DNA of 64,000 nucleotides from Chiloscyllium plagiosum (lineage: Eukaryota). The stretch is from NCBI RefSeq assembly GCF_004010195.1, contig NC_057743.1, forward strand, positions 34,801,877 to 34,865,876, given 5' to 3'. Positions 11,281 through 23,860 of this stretch are shown one piece after another. How positions within the stretch are numbered: position 1 is the first letter of the stretch; the number at the start of each line of letters is the position of its first letter. A model generated the notes under the pieces. It saw nothing but the letters and a program-made list of their open reading frames with translations. It did no database searches and had not been told where the DNA came from. The position numbers and the translations under genes were made by a program.

Positions 11281-13032
11281 AAATTAGTAACTGTTTGGAC
11301 TGTAAATTTCATCCTTAGCAATAACACTTTACTCAACTGAGTCTTTTTCATATTCCTTACGTACCTTTCGGAATTGAAGTGTGTCATTTACAACTAAGCT
11401 GAGGGAAAATCTTCACTCAAAAGGATAGGAATTCTCCACCACAGAAGACTGTGGAGGTCAAGTCATTGTACATATTCAAGAAAGACACAGATAATTATTT
11501 TAGATTTTAAAGGCTTCTCTGAGTATGGAAGAAAGTGGGAGTATGGCCCTGAGACGTAGATGGTCATGATCAGATTGAATAATGGAGAAGGATCAGAGGA
11601 ATCGTTGGCCTATGCCTGATCCTATTTTCTATGCCTATGTCTCTGTCAATTTCTTCGCCGCTGAGGTTACAAACCTGGTCGGTTCTTCTGAAAGGCGGTT
11701 TCCATTAAAAGAACTCAGGGAAGAAAATACCTTCCGGGAGTAGCAGAGGCAATCAATGCCCTGTGGCCTTCGGTTCAAATCCTGTTCTAACGCAATCAAT
11801 CAACGCAAGTAACAGCTTCTGCTCCTATTCATGATGTTTTTGAGTTTCCAAAGCGACCATCCTGCGTAAATGCAGGTTTTGGCTCCATTTCAGTTGGCAG
11901 CATCCTCACTGGAAGAATGCATATGTCACTTCACTTCCTGAATTACCAGAATCGCAGTACTTAGGAGGCCACTCAGCCCCCTGTGCTTGTGCCAGCTCTT
12001 TGAAAGAGCAATTCATCTCATGCTCTCGTGACCTCCTCTCTGCCAACAATTTTCTCTCCTTCTTATAGATCCAATTCCACTTTGAGAATCACTGTTGAAA
12101 CTACTTTGCTCTCAGACAGCTCATTCCAAATCATAACAGCTCGCATTGTATATATAAAAAAACTCATCTCCACCTCAGGTGCTTTCCAGCTATTACATTA
12201 AATCTTGTCCTCCAGTTACCAACTGTCCTACCAGCGGAAACATCTTTTCCTTACTTACTGACAAAATGCCTCAATTTGGATCACGGGCAGTAAGATTAAT
12301 TTATTTCAGCCATCCCAGAAGGAAAATCAAGCATCCAATATTGGTATTCATGCGATAATAAATTTTTTTACAGCTGTGAAAAGAAATCAATGCAAACTTT
12401 CACGGAAATAGGAGCAGTGGTAATGGGTTTACCACCAGAATTTACCCTGTAATGATTTTCCATTAGCTGCTTTTATTCCATATTAGATTTACAAAATCCT
12501 CACAGTCTGACCCACTAAAACACTAAAAGTACATTGAACCTAATTGGGCAGTAAACGGAAATTTTGGGTTTACAACATACACACTCGGTGCCCGAGGCAA
12601 GAGAATATATATTTTTTAAAAAAGTGAAATGGATTGGTTTGACATACAGAGTCACAGAGGATCAAAAACTGAACCTTTGCCTCTGGGGGCAGAGTTCACA
12701 AGTGCAGTCATCTCCTCCTCTCAGCAACTCCTCTGCTGCTCCTTTACTCATCCATGGGAGAGAATGCTTGAAGGTTTCACCACTGTGACTAACCTTTCAG
12801 TTCTTCTAAATGGAATGGAATTTTGGCCTCTATTGCTAGGTGGATGGAGTTTAAAGACAGGGAATTCTTGTTACAACAGGGGTTTTAGAAGCCATACTAA
12901 GAGTAAAGATTTGGTACTCGTATTTGGGAAAGTGTATACTGGCACTGAGGCAGCTCAGAAGTGATTCACTGGGTTGATTCCTCGGATGAAGGGGCTGAGT
13001 TCATAGGCTGAACAGGTTAGGTTGGTTTTTTT

Positions 13033-13321
13033 TTAGATTACTTACAGTGTGGAAACAGGCCCTTCAGCCCAACAAGTCCACACTGACCCGCGACCCACCC
13101 AGATCCATTCCCCTAACACTACAGGCACCTTTAGCATGGCCAATTCACCTAACCTGCACATTTTTGGATTGTGGGAGGAAACCGGAGCACCCGGAGGAAA
13201 CCCACGCAGACATGGGGAGAATGTGCAAACTCCACACAGATAGTCGCCTGAGGCGGGAATTGAACCCGGGTCTCTGGCGCTGTGAAGCAGCAGTGCAAAC
13301 CACTTTGCCACCATGCCACCC
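13033..13321 (-). mobile_element. HE1-type SINE, near full length
   Basis: Minus strand gggtggcatggtggcaaagtggtttgcactgctgc (A box) ...ccgggttcaattcc (B box), body, and tail ...gtaagtaatctaa. Confidence 0.9.
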
Positions 13322-13656
13322 ATAATGTTATTCATTGGAGTGTAGTAGGACAAGAAATGATCTTATCAAAATATACAAGATTCTGAGGGGGCACGATACG
13401 TATGGCATTCTAACAGGTTATTTTAGAATAGATTATTTAAGACATAGGTGAGGCAATATTTCTTCATTCAAAGGGTATTGAAGCTGTAGAATTCTCCAGC
13501 TGTGGAGGCCAAGTCACTGAAAATATTCAAGAAAGGTGTAGATACATGTTTATGTTTTAAAGGCATCAAGGGTTGTGTGGAGAAAGCAGAAATATGGCAT
13601 TGAGATAGAGGATCAGCCATGATTAGATTGAATGGCAGAATAAATGTGAAGAAAAT

Positions 13657-14518
13657 ATTACTACCTCAATGGAATCAATTTAGGTAAAGGGGCAGTACAG
13701 AGAGATCTGGGTGTTCTTGTACACCAGTCAATGAAGGTAAGCATGCAGGTACAGCAGGTAGTGAAGAAAGCTAATAGCATGCTGGCCTTCATAACAAGAG
13801 GAATTGAGTATAGAAGCAAAGAAGTGCTTCTGCAGCTGTACAGGGCCCTGGTGAGACCACACCTGGAGTACTGCGTGCAGTTCTGGTCTCCAAATTTGAG
13901 GAAAGACATTCTGGCAATTGAGGGAGTGCAGCATAGGTTCACGAGGTCAATTCCTGGAATGGCGGGATTACCTTACACTGAAAGACTGAAGCGACTGGGC
14001 TTGTATACCCTTGAGTTTAGAAGACTGAGAGGGGATCTGATTGAGACGTATAAGATTATGAAAGGATTGGACACTTTGGCAGCAGGAAACATGTTTCCGC
14101 TGATGGGTGAATGCCGAACCAGAGGACACAGCTTAAAAATACAGGGTAGACCATTTAGGACAGAGATGAGGAGAAACTTCTTCACCCAGAGAGTGGTGGC
14201 TGTGTCGAATGCTCTGCCCCAGAGGGCAGTGGAGGCCCAGTCTCTGGATTCATTTAAGAAAGAGTTGGATAGAGCTCTCAAAGATAGTGGAATCAAGGGT
14301 TATGGAGATAAGGCAGGAACAGGATACTGATTAGGAATGATCAGCCATGATCATGTTGAATGGCGGTGCAGGCTCGAAGGGCTGAATAGATCAGTGGTGC
14401 TGGAAGAGCACAGCAATTCAGGCAGCATCCGACGAGCAGCGAAATCGACATTTCGGGCAAAAGCCCTTCATTTTACCTCGAAGGGCTGAATGGCCTACTC
14501 CTGCACCTATTGTCTATT
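13657..14518 (+). mobile_element. Young CR1 LINE 3' fragment with an uninterrupted ORF2 C-terminus (ORF 13731-14330)
   Basis: 199-aa ORF: KKANSMLAFITRGIEYRSKEVLLQLYRALVRPHLEYCVQFWSP...RRLRGDLIETYKIMKG...FFTQRVV. Confidence 0.95.
14388..14476 (-). mobile_element. Short Penelope-like insertion (family A variant) with 15-bp TSD
   Basis: TSD ctcgaagggctgaat at 14373-14387 and 14477-14491; the insert contains gacatttcgggcaaaagcccttca. Confidence 0.8.
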
Positions 14519-14694
14519 TGCACTGATGGATGAATCACAAACCAGGGGACATAGTTACAGAATGAGGGACATACATTTACATACAAAGGAATGTCTTCTC
14601 TTAGAAGGTAATGAACGTCTGTGATTCCCTCCTCCACATTGTTGCAGAGGCTAGTTCATTGAAAATGTTTTAGAAGAAGTTGAAGATTATAGAG

Positions 14695-15130
14695 AGAGAG
14701 AGTCATACAGCACAGAAACAGACCTTTCGGTCCAACCAGTCCATGCCGACCAGAATCCCAAAGTAAACTAGTCCCACTTGTCTGCGCTTGGCCCATATCC
14801 CTCCAAATATTTCTTATTATGCACTTATCCAAACATCTTTTACATGTTGTAACTGTACCTACATCCACCACTTCCTGTGGAAGTTGATTCCACACACGAA
14901 CCACTCTCTGTGTAAAAAAGATGCCCCTCGTGATCTTTTTAAATCTTTCTCAGCTCACCTTAGTAGTACATCCCCGAGTCTTGAAATCCCCCACTTGAAA
15001 AGACACCTGCCATTCACCTCATCTATGTCCCTCATGGTTTTATAAAACTCTATAAGGTCACCCCTCGACATCCCACGCTCCAGTGAAAAAACTCCCAGCC
15101 TATCCAACCTCTCACTATAACTCAAACCTT
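14695..15130 (-). mobile_element. CR1 LINE 3' fragment
   Basis: ORF 14656-14904 MVRVWNQLPQEVVDVGTVTTCKRCLDK. Confidence 0.85.
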
Positions 15131-15904
15131 ATGAGGAGCTATCATGACAGAGGACTTGAAGCCTGGGGCATGACCTTGTAGAATGCTAGGGCAAGCATCA
15201 GGGGCCAAATGGCCTACTCCTGTTCCTATTTCTTATGTTCAACCTGAACGGCACATTTCAGTTTTCACATCAATCCTGCAGTAGTGGATGACTTATTCTC
15301 ATTCAATTTATTCCATTTCACAGGATGCCATAGTGAGATTTCTAAAAGTTTACTACAGCTTTCTCAGAAACCAAAGCCAGCTTGTGTATCTAACATCAAC
15401 CCCACCCATGATGTTAAATTAGGGCTGATGTGTTGTTGCGAGATTCACTTAGGATCGTGCTTCACTTCTTTCTTGAATTGTGAGATTTGCTGTAAACCAG
15501 GGCAGCAAACCCTTTACGACCCTTTACCTGATAGAGATGGTGATGATAAATTTCCTCAATCTTAAAATGAAGGGGGTCTGGACAGAGTAGCTAGGAAGGA
15601 ATCGCTCCCATTAGCAAAAGGGTCACGGATTCAGAGGACACCAATGCAGGGTGATTTTTGTTACACGGCGAATGGTTAGGATCTGGAATATGCTTTCTAA
15701 AGAAAATTGGATAACTATCGGAAGAGAAAAGTCCTGCAGAGTTACAGATAAAAGGCAGGGGAGTGGGATCTAACGGAGTTGCTCTTATAGAGAGCCAGCA
15801 TGGGCACAATAGACCAAATGGCCTCATTCTATGCTATAACCATTGTACAAACCTATCATCTGACATGATTTGGAGGTGCCAGTGTTGGACTGGGGGGTAC
15901 AAAA

Positions 15905-16685
15905 ATAAAAGGACAAAGAACAAAGAAAATTTACAGCCCAGGAACAGGCCCTTTGGCCCTCTAAGCCTGTGCTGATGCAAAACCACTGTCTAAATCCATC
16001 GCCCAGTTCCTAAGGATCTGTATCCCTCTGTTCCCCACTTACTCATGCATCTGTCCAGATGCACCTTAAATGAATCTACCGTGCCTGCCTCTACTACCTC
16101 TGCTGGCAACGTGTTCCAGGCACCTACCACCCTCTGTGTAAAGTCCTTTCTGGGTATATCCCCCTTAAACTTTTCACCTCTCACCTTGAACGCGTGACCT
16201 CTCGTTATTGAATCTCTCACCCTGGGAAAAAGCTTATCTCTATCTACCCTGTCTATATCCTTCATGATTTTGTAGACGTCAATCAGGTACCCCCTCTATC
16301 TCCTGTTTTCTAATGAAAACAATCCCAACTTACTCAACCTCTCTTCATAGCTAGCACCTTCCCTACCAGGCAACATCCTCATAAGCCTTCTCTGCATCCT
16401 CTCCAAAGCATCCACATCCTTTTGGTAATGTGGCGACCAGAACTGTACACAGTATTCTAAATGCGGCCAAACCAATGTCTTGTACGATTTTAACATGATC
16501 TGCCAGCTCTTATAACCGGTCCAATGAAGGCAAGCATACCATATGCCTTCTTGTCCACTCTATCCACCTGTGCAGCCACCTCCAGCGTACAAAGGACCTG
16601 AACTCCCAGATCTCTCTGCACATCAACTTTTCCCAAGGCTCTAGAATTAGACCTTCCAAAATGCATCATCTCAAATTTGCCTGGT
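15905..16685 (-). mobile_element. CR1 LINE 3' fragment
   Basis: ORFs 16296-16496 (LVWPHLEYCVQFWSPHY) and 15990-16265 (TRGHAFKVRGEKF...FTQRVVGAWN). Confidence 0.9.
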
Positions 16686-16912
16686 TTAGAACTGAAACCA
16701 ACATGCCCATTCTAAAAGATGAGCGAGTTAGCAAACAATCCAGGTCTTTTTCAAGATGTAATTTCAATTACATCACATTGTAAACGTTTGCTATAAATTC
16801 TGTGTCCTACGATCTTATTCCCGACAACCACCTGATGAAGGAGCAGCGCTCGAAAAGCTAGTCCTTCCAAATAATCCTGTTGGACTATGACCTGGTGTAG
16901 TATGATTTTTAA
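16686..16912 (+). mobile_element. Penelope-like terminal repeat (family B) with hammerhead core
   Basis: caccTGATGAaggagcagcgctcGAAAagctagt...ttccaaataatcctgttggactatgacctggtg; same family as 37115-37941. Confidence 0.75.
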
Positions 16913-18279
16913 AATAATCTGAAATGTGTCCTATGTTTCTCTCATCACAGATGCTGCCTGACCAGGTCCCAGGACACAGGGTATATCAGGGTCCAAAAAC
17001 TAGGGCTTGGAGCTCTACAGGGGGCATCTATGCTCAAATTCAGGGCTGTCTATTTGGGCAGTGATTTCTGTCCCTTCCCAGGCCTGACCTGCTGGGGATT
17101 TCCAAATTGCTAAAATACTATCAGTTCCGCGCAGTTCAAATCAGGAAATTATGGAAAAAAACATCAAACGATTCTGCCAAAAGGAAGAAGTGCAACTAGA
17201 TTCCAAGTCAATTCCTCTCTCTGTTGGTTTGCTTTTAAAACAATGCAGAAGTGACTTACTCATGGGCACCTTCCTGCAACATTACAAACCTTCTCTCCTG
17301 CACCTCTGCCTAAAGACAGGACTTTGCCATCATCTAAAGAGAACAAGCCACTTTGGGAAGAGAGTGAATATGACTGGACAGTAACTTGCTTTCTCTACAT
17401 CCTAAGCGATGCTAACTTTCAAATCTAAGAGTTTTCAACCTTGATCTTTGTGTGGTTATGGTGATAGAGTAGGGGGCCAGGTCTGGGTGGGATGCTCTTT
17501 GGAAGGTAGGTGCAGATTCGATGGGCTGAATGGCCTCTTTCTGCACTCTAAGTTATCCTATGATTGATGGTGCCCTTTGTGCATGTTATAGGGAGAGGTC
17601 AGGAGAATGGGGTCGAGAAACATATCAGCCATGATCAACCAATGGGCTGAGACCTGATGCTGTTCCAAATCTTGTGATCCTATGACCCCACCACATGACG
17701 TGCAGTACTCAGCCAGCCAGATGGGAATCAGTACATGTTAGTGGATTAGACAATATCAGATAGCATTACAGCAGTTACTACAACAGGGCTTCAGGTCTCC
17801 AAACTGCAAAAGACACAGGCATGCAGCTGCCATCAATATCCAGTGACCTGTCAATATCACGCGAGGTCAGCTTCCAGCATGACCAACTCAGAAGCAGGCT
17901 TTCCCGATCACCCGTTAGAACACCGGGTGACGACTGTTCAGGATAAATACCATGGCCGTGTGATAGCGGCAGATCTCATGCTGGAGCAACAGCAAACAAC
18001 CACTTCCTCAATCCCTTCAAAAAACTGTCTTCTGAGTCTGTCTGAGACTGAAGACAAGAGATTGTTCTCGCTTATGGTTCCAACTTTGGCATCCTGCAGT
18101 AAGGATGAAGTGGTATTCACTGAATTCAACCTCTTTTCTCACTGCAGTTATCTCTGCAGGATAATACTGAGACACTGTCTGGTTGATCTGATGGATTGTG
18201 GAAGACCTTATGATCTTCATACACAACACAAACACCTAGTCATGTTACACAAGCTCAGGACATACCCTGGCATACATAC

Positions 18280-19730
18280 GTGTCAACATGAGAAAGGGCC
18301 AGGGCGAGCCGTATTCAGGAAATGTGAATGCATCAACAAAGGTGTATGATGACAGTTCCCAGTTCATTTCTATTCAATCTCCTACTGCACAAGATAGTTC
18401 GAGCACACTCAAGGGTAAGGTTCAGAGGCATTTTTTGAACTTGCTTTGGAGTGATAACCTGCCTAAAAGTATATATGACAGGATTCGCCCTTACAGCCCG
18501 CTGTATCCCTGTAGAAATGGGCTGCCCATGACATGTTGAAGTGATGGACTGTAACACCTTATTTTATTTATTCTACACAGCCATAAATTGGTCTAATAGT
18601 TCCGCAGGCTACTTTTAAACCATGTTTCCACAGATATTGTGAAGGATTCCTTCGTTTTCGCAAAGATCATACAAAGCTACAGGGAGAGCAACACTGTGCT
18701 CCCTTGCCTTTTCAGCTGAGCCAACCTATTCACAAGTGTATCTGGTCAGGAAGCCATTGACATTTGCTGTAGGTCACTATATCTTGGACAGTCTTGATGT
18801 GTTAATGGTGCCTGAAACCATTTTCATAGAACCAATGAAGTTTAGTAACTCCAGCGATTGAGTTCAGTTTCAATAACCCACTTGTATAACCAAAAGAATA
18901 ACGTTGCCGTTGGTTCACCTCTGAACCCAGCTCTTGCTAACATCTCCATTGGTTGCCATGAGAAATGCGTCTTCAACAGAATGACCACAAACCTCCTCAC
19001 CTGGCATAACTGCAGTAAGGGGTAGATGACCTGTTTGTGTAACTTGAACCTGTTGGATTGTTCAGAATTTGTTTGCTCAGCTCTTTAAAATCCATCCTGT
19101 ATAAATTTAACACTGTCATGGAATAATTAAGTGGGCTTCTTTCCCTCCACGTTGAGAAACTTGTCAGCAGGTTCTCTACAGTTATCTCTCACCAGCCTGC
19201 ACTGACTGACTAATATGGGCGTTTACATTCCTATAATCACATGCATAATGAAATCAACCTGATTAGAAAGCTCATGAATAGATCTCTAGTCAATGGCTCA
19301 CCATGTAAGCTTAATATTGAGATTGTGTTAAAAACTACACCCTCTGGCCCTTATCAAACCATCACTTGCTGTCTATCATGCAGACTCATGAAGAGCCTAT
19401 GGTTGCAATGTTTGACCCTGAAGGTGACCAAGTCTACACCAATTATCCTGGATGGGGAAGGTGTCTTGAATGTTTGAGAAACAGGTGAAGTTGCCTGTCT
19501 CATGCTGCTACTTTGTAGCAACCACACCAGTGGGTACAGGATGTTGCCACCAAGCCAGTAAGACAAATGAATTCGCTGGTAAATGAGTTTCCATGGCCGT
19601 GTGATGCCAGGCATGGAAGACATATGTCTCAACAACTGGTGGACTATATCAAACAACACATCTATCTCTCTGATTGTCTGCAGAGGGCACTTTGCCAACC
19701 ACACCTGCAAAATTCAGAACACAGTGGGTA
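18280..19730 (+). mobile_element. Old, heavily degenerate Penelope-like RT/GIY-YIG coding remnant
   Basis: Frame-broken motifs resembling DKGxG (18290), DRIRP...GLP (18480), IVKDSF (18637), VAxGSPLxPALANI (18903), VDD (19022) and the GIY-YIG-like EFxxxCDAR (19585). Confidence 0.65.
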
Positions 19731-19734
19731 ACCA

Positions 19735-19985
19735 GTGGAGATAAGCAGGAATTCTTCAGCCAGAGAAGGGTGAATCTATGGAATTCATTGCCACAGAAGG
19801 CTGTGGAGGCCAGGTCTTTGAGTGTACTTAAGATAGAGATAGATAGGTTCTTGAACATCAAGGGGATCAAGGATTATCAGGAGAAAGCGGGAGAATGAGG
19901 TTGAGAAACCTATCAGCCATGATTGAATGGCAGAGCAGACACTATGGGCTGAATGGTCTGATTTCTGCTTCTATGTCTTATGGAC
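19735..19985 (+). mobile_element. CR1 LINE 3' end
   Basis: FFSQRRVNLWNSLPQKAVEARSLSVLKIEIDRFL, followed by the 3' UTR. Confidence 0.9.
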
Positions 19986-20477
19986 TTAACATTCTAAGAT
20001 CGTTAGTCTGTGTTGCAAAGCTTTCCCTTTGCATGTGCTAAGTATACTCACTCACAGGACCCTGTTCTGTGTGGCCAAAGATATTTGTGCATACATTGTA
20101 CCTTTTTCATTCAGAAACACTCTTGGATTCAGCCAGTTGAATTTCCCATAGCAACACCCTGACCAGAGTCTACCTGTCTGGACTGCAGTTAATTAACCAA
20201 CTAAGATTGACAATTAACAGATTTCCAACATCTCAGCACCTTTTATGCTGTATAAATTGATATTCCCTCTCAAAGTTTGGTTTCTTGCTTCCAGTCCTAA
20301 CAAATGCAAAATGAAAAGCCTCAGCTTGGTGTCTCTTTTTGACAACATTTAAGTTTTGTCCTACCAAGCAATTATTTGTTTTGTATATCACTGGATAAGA
20401 GGGAAAAGCATTTGTGTCCCAACAAGATTCAGGAAAGCAAGTTAACTTAACAAAAACATTGAAATTGCCCACATAAT

Positions 20478-21090
20478 GATCCACTGCAGTACTGAGGGAA
20501 TGATGCATTGCTGGTTGGGTCATCATTCAGGTGAGATATTTCAGACCTTCTCAACAGGATGTAAAAAACATCCCATGACATTATTTAAAAGAAGTGGGCA
20601 ATCAGCCTGGTATTCCTCAACCATCAGGAAGCAAACAGCTTAATGGATGTAAGTTTGCTTACTCAGCTGAAAAGTTTGGTTTCAGATGTTTCATCACCAT
20701 ACTAGATAACATCACAAATGAGCCTCCAGTGAAGCACTGGTAGCATGTCTCACTTTTTATTTATGTGTTTAAGTTTCTTTGGGTTGGTGATGTCATTTCC
20801 TGTTCTTTTTCTCAGGGGCGGTAAATGGGATCCAGTTCTGGTTTGTTGATCGAGTTCCGGTTGGAATGCCATGCTTCTCAGGTTTCTCGTGCGGGTCTCT
20901 GTTTGACTTGTCGTGGGATGGATGTGTTGCTTAATCTGATCATGATCATATTGCTGGGAGTGTACTGTGTGTAAGCTGGCTGCTATGTTCCTACGTTACA
21001 CAAGTGGTACCCCACTCCAAAAATAACTTCACTGGCTGCAATTGACTTTAGGAACAAATGTGAAGGACACTACAGAAATGTAGTTCATGC
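20478..21090 (+). mobile_element. Deu-domain SINE, split by a Penelope-like insertion
   Basis: gcagtactgagggaatgatgcattg...ggatgtaaaaaacatcccatgac, resuming after the insertion as tggctgctatgttcctacgttaca...cttcactggctg. Confidence 0.65.
20645..20928 (-). mobile_element. Penelope-like 3' fragment (family D) with 7-bp TSD
   Basis: Homologous to 56296-56630. TSD gcttaat at 20638-20644 and 20929-20935. Confidence 0.8.
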
Positions 21091-21789
21091 TGTTATTAAG
21101 GGGCAATGGAAGGGGGCTTTACATTGGAAGAGAAACACAGTCCCTTGTTGCACCTCTCAGTGAATGTAGCGTTCACCAGCTGGACTGATGTTAACGGTAT
21201 CAAATGAGGCTCACCATTGTCCGCTGTCTGCCTCAATCGAAGGGGAGCAATCAGAGAGGGACAGGGGGTGGCTGTGAGGATGGGATGTACAGCCTCAGAT
21301 ACAATACATTTATGGAAAAACCATGAATGTAATTTACAATATCTAACAATAAGTTCAAAGCAAATCCTTACAAACAGATCAGGATTGGCTGAAGTAAGCC
21401 TTTTAATGTATGTTTTCGGGACGTTCAGCTTTACGCTTTGTTTCCTTCGGTCTGTAAAATGACAACAATTAAAGTCCCATTGGTGCAGCTCTGCCAACTG
21501 ATCATTTTACTAACTATTCATAATTGATGCAATTCTCAAATTATTCAAACTGTCAAAAAAAGACAGAGCACTGGTCCCAGCTAACTATTCGTTCATTTCT
21601 GATCACTTCTGTCAATCTCAGCTCAGTTACATTCTTACACTTTCTTAAAAGTTTAACACATCCAAAACCAAAATGTGCCTTTTGCAGCATCTGAACTAAT
21701 GTCACTTTTCTGCTGTCACTTTTGAGTTATTACAAGATTAACTTAGAGTGCTGAATTTAATGCCCATTATATCTTTAGAATCAACCAAA

Positions 21790-22450
21790 CAGCCTTTCAC
21801 CTTGCATTAGCCATTGTCTTGAGCTCATTGAAAACTCTGCTGCTTTCATACTGACTCTCACCAAGTCCTGTTCAAACATTTCCCTTGCGTTCTCTGACTT
21901 ACATTAGTTATTGATCCTGGCAACAACTCAATTTACAAATCCCTCGATGACATAACCTCTCCTATCCCAGCCCGACAAAAACATTCCAAGATCTCTTCCC
22001 TCCTCCAAATCTGGGCATTAAAAGATTAAGTTCTCACCACTCCACCACTGGCAGCTACGCATTCAGTTTCTTGGAAGTGAACCACCAAAATTCTCCTCAG
22101 AAAACCGTGACTCCTCTCCACCTGGCTCTTTTGTTCCTTAAACTCTACCTCATCTGTTTTTTTATTCATCACAGAATGTGGGCATCTCTGGCTAGGCCAG
22201 TATTTACTGCCCATCCCTAATTGCCCAGGGGGCAGTTAACAGTCAAACACATGGGTCTGGAGTCACATGTAGGCCAGACCATGTAAGGATGGCAGATTTC
22301 CTTCCCAAAAGGACATTAGTAAAACAGTTGGGATTTTCCAACAATTGGCAATAGTTTCATAGTCATCATTAGACCCATCATTGTCCAAGCCTTTCATCAT
22401 CTTTCTTAAACTTACCTTATGTCCCTAGTGTGATATTTTGTTTGGTAACG
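21790..22450 (+). mobile_element. L2-type LINE 3' fragment, with an inserted SINE at ~22160-22385 on the minus strand
   Basis: aaaactctgctgc...ctctgacttacattag...tcctccaaatctggg...ccaccactggcagc matches the L2-like 3' end also seen at 38340 and 55290. Confidence 0.55.
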
Positions 22451-23047
22451 CTTGGAGGTCGTGTTGCGGCTGTACAGGACATTGGTTAGGCCACTGTTAG
22501 AATATTGCGTACAATTCTGGTCTCCTACCTACTGGAAAGATTTTGTGCAACTTGAAAGGGTTCAGAAAAGATTTACAAGGATGTTGCCAGGGTTGGAGGA
22601 TTTGAGCTAGAGGGAGAGGCTGAACAGGCTGGGGCTGTTTTCCCTGGAGTGTCGGAGGCTGAGGGGTGATGTTATAGAGATTTACAAAATTATGAGGGGC
22701 ATGGATAGGATAAATAGGCAAAGTCATTTCCCTGGGGTCAGGGAGTCCAGAACTGAAGGGCATTGGGTTAGGGTGAGAGGGGAAAGATATAAAAGAGACC
22801 TAAGGGGCAATTTTTTCACACAGAGAATGGTACGTGTATGGAATGAGCTGCCAGAGGAAGTGGTGGAGGCTGGTACAATTGCAACATTTAAGAGGCATTT
22901 GGATGGGTATATGAATAGGAAGGGTTTGGAGGGATATGGGCCGGGTGCTGGCAGGTGGGACTAGATTGGGTTGGGATGTCTGGTCGGCATGGACGGGTTG
23001 GACCGAAGGGTCTGTTTCCATGCTGTGCATCTCTAGGACTCTATGAG
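22448..23047 (+). mobile_element. CR1/HER1 LINE 3' fragment
   Basis: ORF 22692-22964 RGERYKRDLRGNFFTQRMVRVWNELPEEVVEAG. Confidence 0.92.
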
Positions 23048-23112
23048 TGCTTCGAGATGTTTAATTACATCAAATGTATGACAGGAATGTTTTTATTTGC
23101 ATATTTATTTAG

Positions 23113-23346
23113 TGTAGTGAAAGGAACCAAGGCCAGGTTGGTCTCATTGAGCTTGAGATCCCTGATTAGGGTTGTTAACCTGGGCTAATCAGGGAGCCCT
23201 GGTTGACAGACATAAGCAGGAGTTTCAGAGAGTCTCACTACACTGGCCACAGCCTGTGAGCTGGCTGGTCAGGGTCGGTGTACTGTGCACATGGTAAATA
23301 AAGGGAGATGTGGTGATTGAATACTGGCCTGCAAAGAGTTATTTCA
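23113..23346 (+). mobile_element. Short solo LTR (234 bp)
   Basis: TG...CA termini, AATAAA at ~23297, 5-bp TSD tttag/cttag, and an internal inverted repeat tccctgattag...ctaatcaggga. Confidence 0.65.
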
Positions 23347-23374
23347 CTTAGGATCAATATTGTGATCATGCATT

Positions 23375-23860
23375 TAGAGTCATAAATGTACAGCATGGAA
23401 ACAGACCCTTCGGTCCAACCCGTCGATGCCAACCAGATATCCCAACCCAATCTAGTCCCACTTGCCAGGACCCGGCCCATTTCCCTCCAAACCCTTCCTA
23501 TTCATATACCCATTCAAATGCCTTTTAAATGTTGCAATTGTACCAGCCTCCACCACATCCTCTGGCAGCTCATTCCGTACACGTACCACCCTCTGCATGA
23601 AAATGTTGCCCTTAGGGCTCTTTTATATCTTTCCCCTCTCACCTTAAACCTATGCCCTCTCGTTCTGGACTCCCCCACCCCAGAGAAAAGACTTTGCCTG
23701 TTTATCCTATCCATGTCCCGCATCATTTTGTAAACCTCTATAAGGTCACCCCTCAGCCTGTTCAGCCTCTCCCTGTAGCTCAAATCCTCCAACCCTGGCA
23801 ACATGCTTGTAAATCTTTTCTGAACCCTTTCAAGTTTCACAACATCTTCTCTAAAAGGGA
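23375..23860 (-). mobile_element. CR1/HER1 LINE 3' fragment
   Basis: ORF 23514-23840 LERVQKRFTSMLPGLEDLSYRERLNRLRGDLIEVYK. Confidence 0.92.

Noticed and set aside
13731-14330. 199-aa ORF as a host gene
   Set aside because: It is the CR1 ORF2 C-terminus of a 5'-truncated retrotransposon copy.
17843-18349. 168-aa plus-strand ORF
   Set aside because: No recognisable domain; it abuts and overlaps a degenerate Penelope-like remnant.
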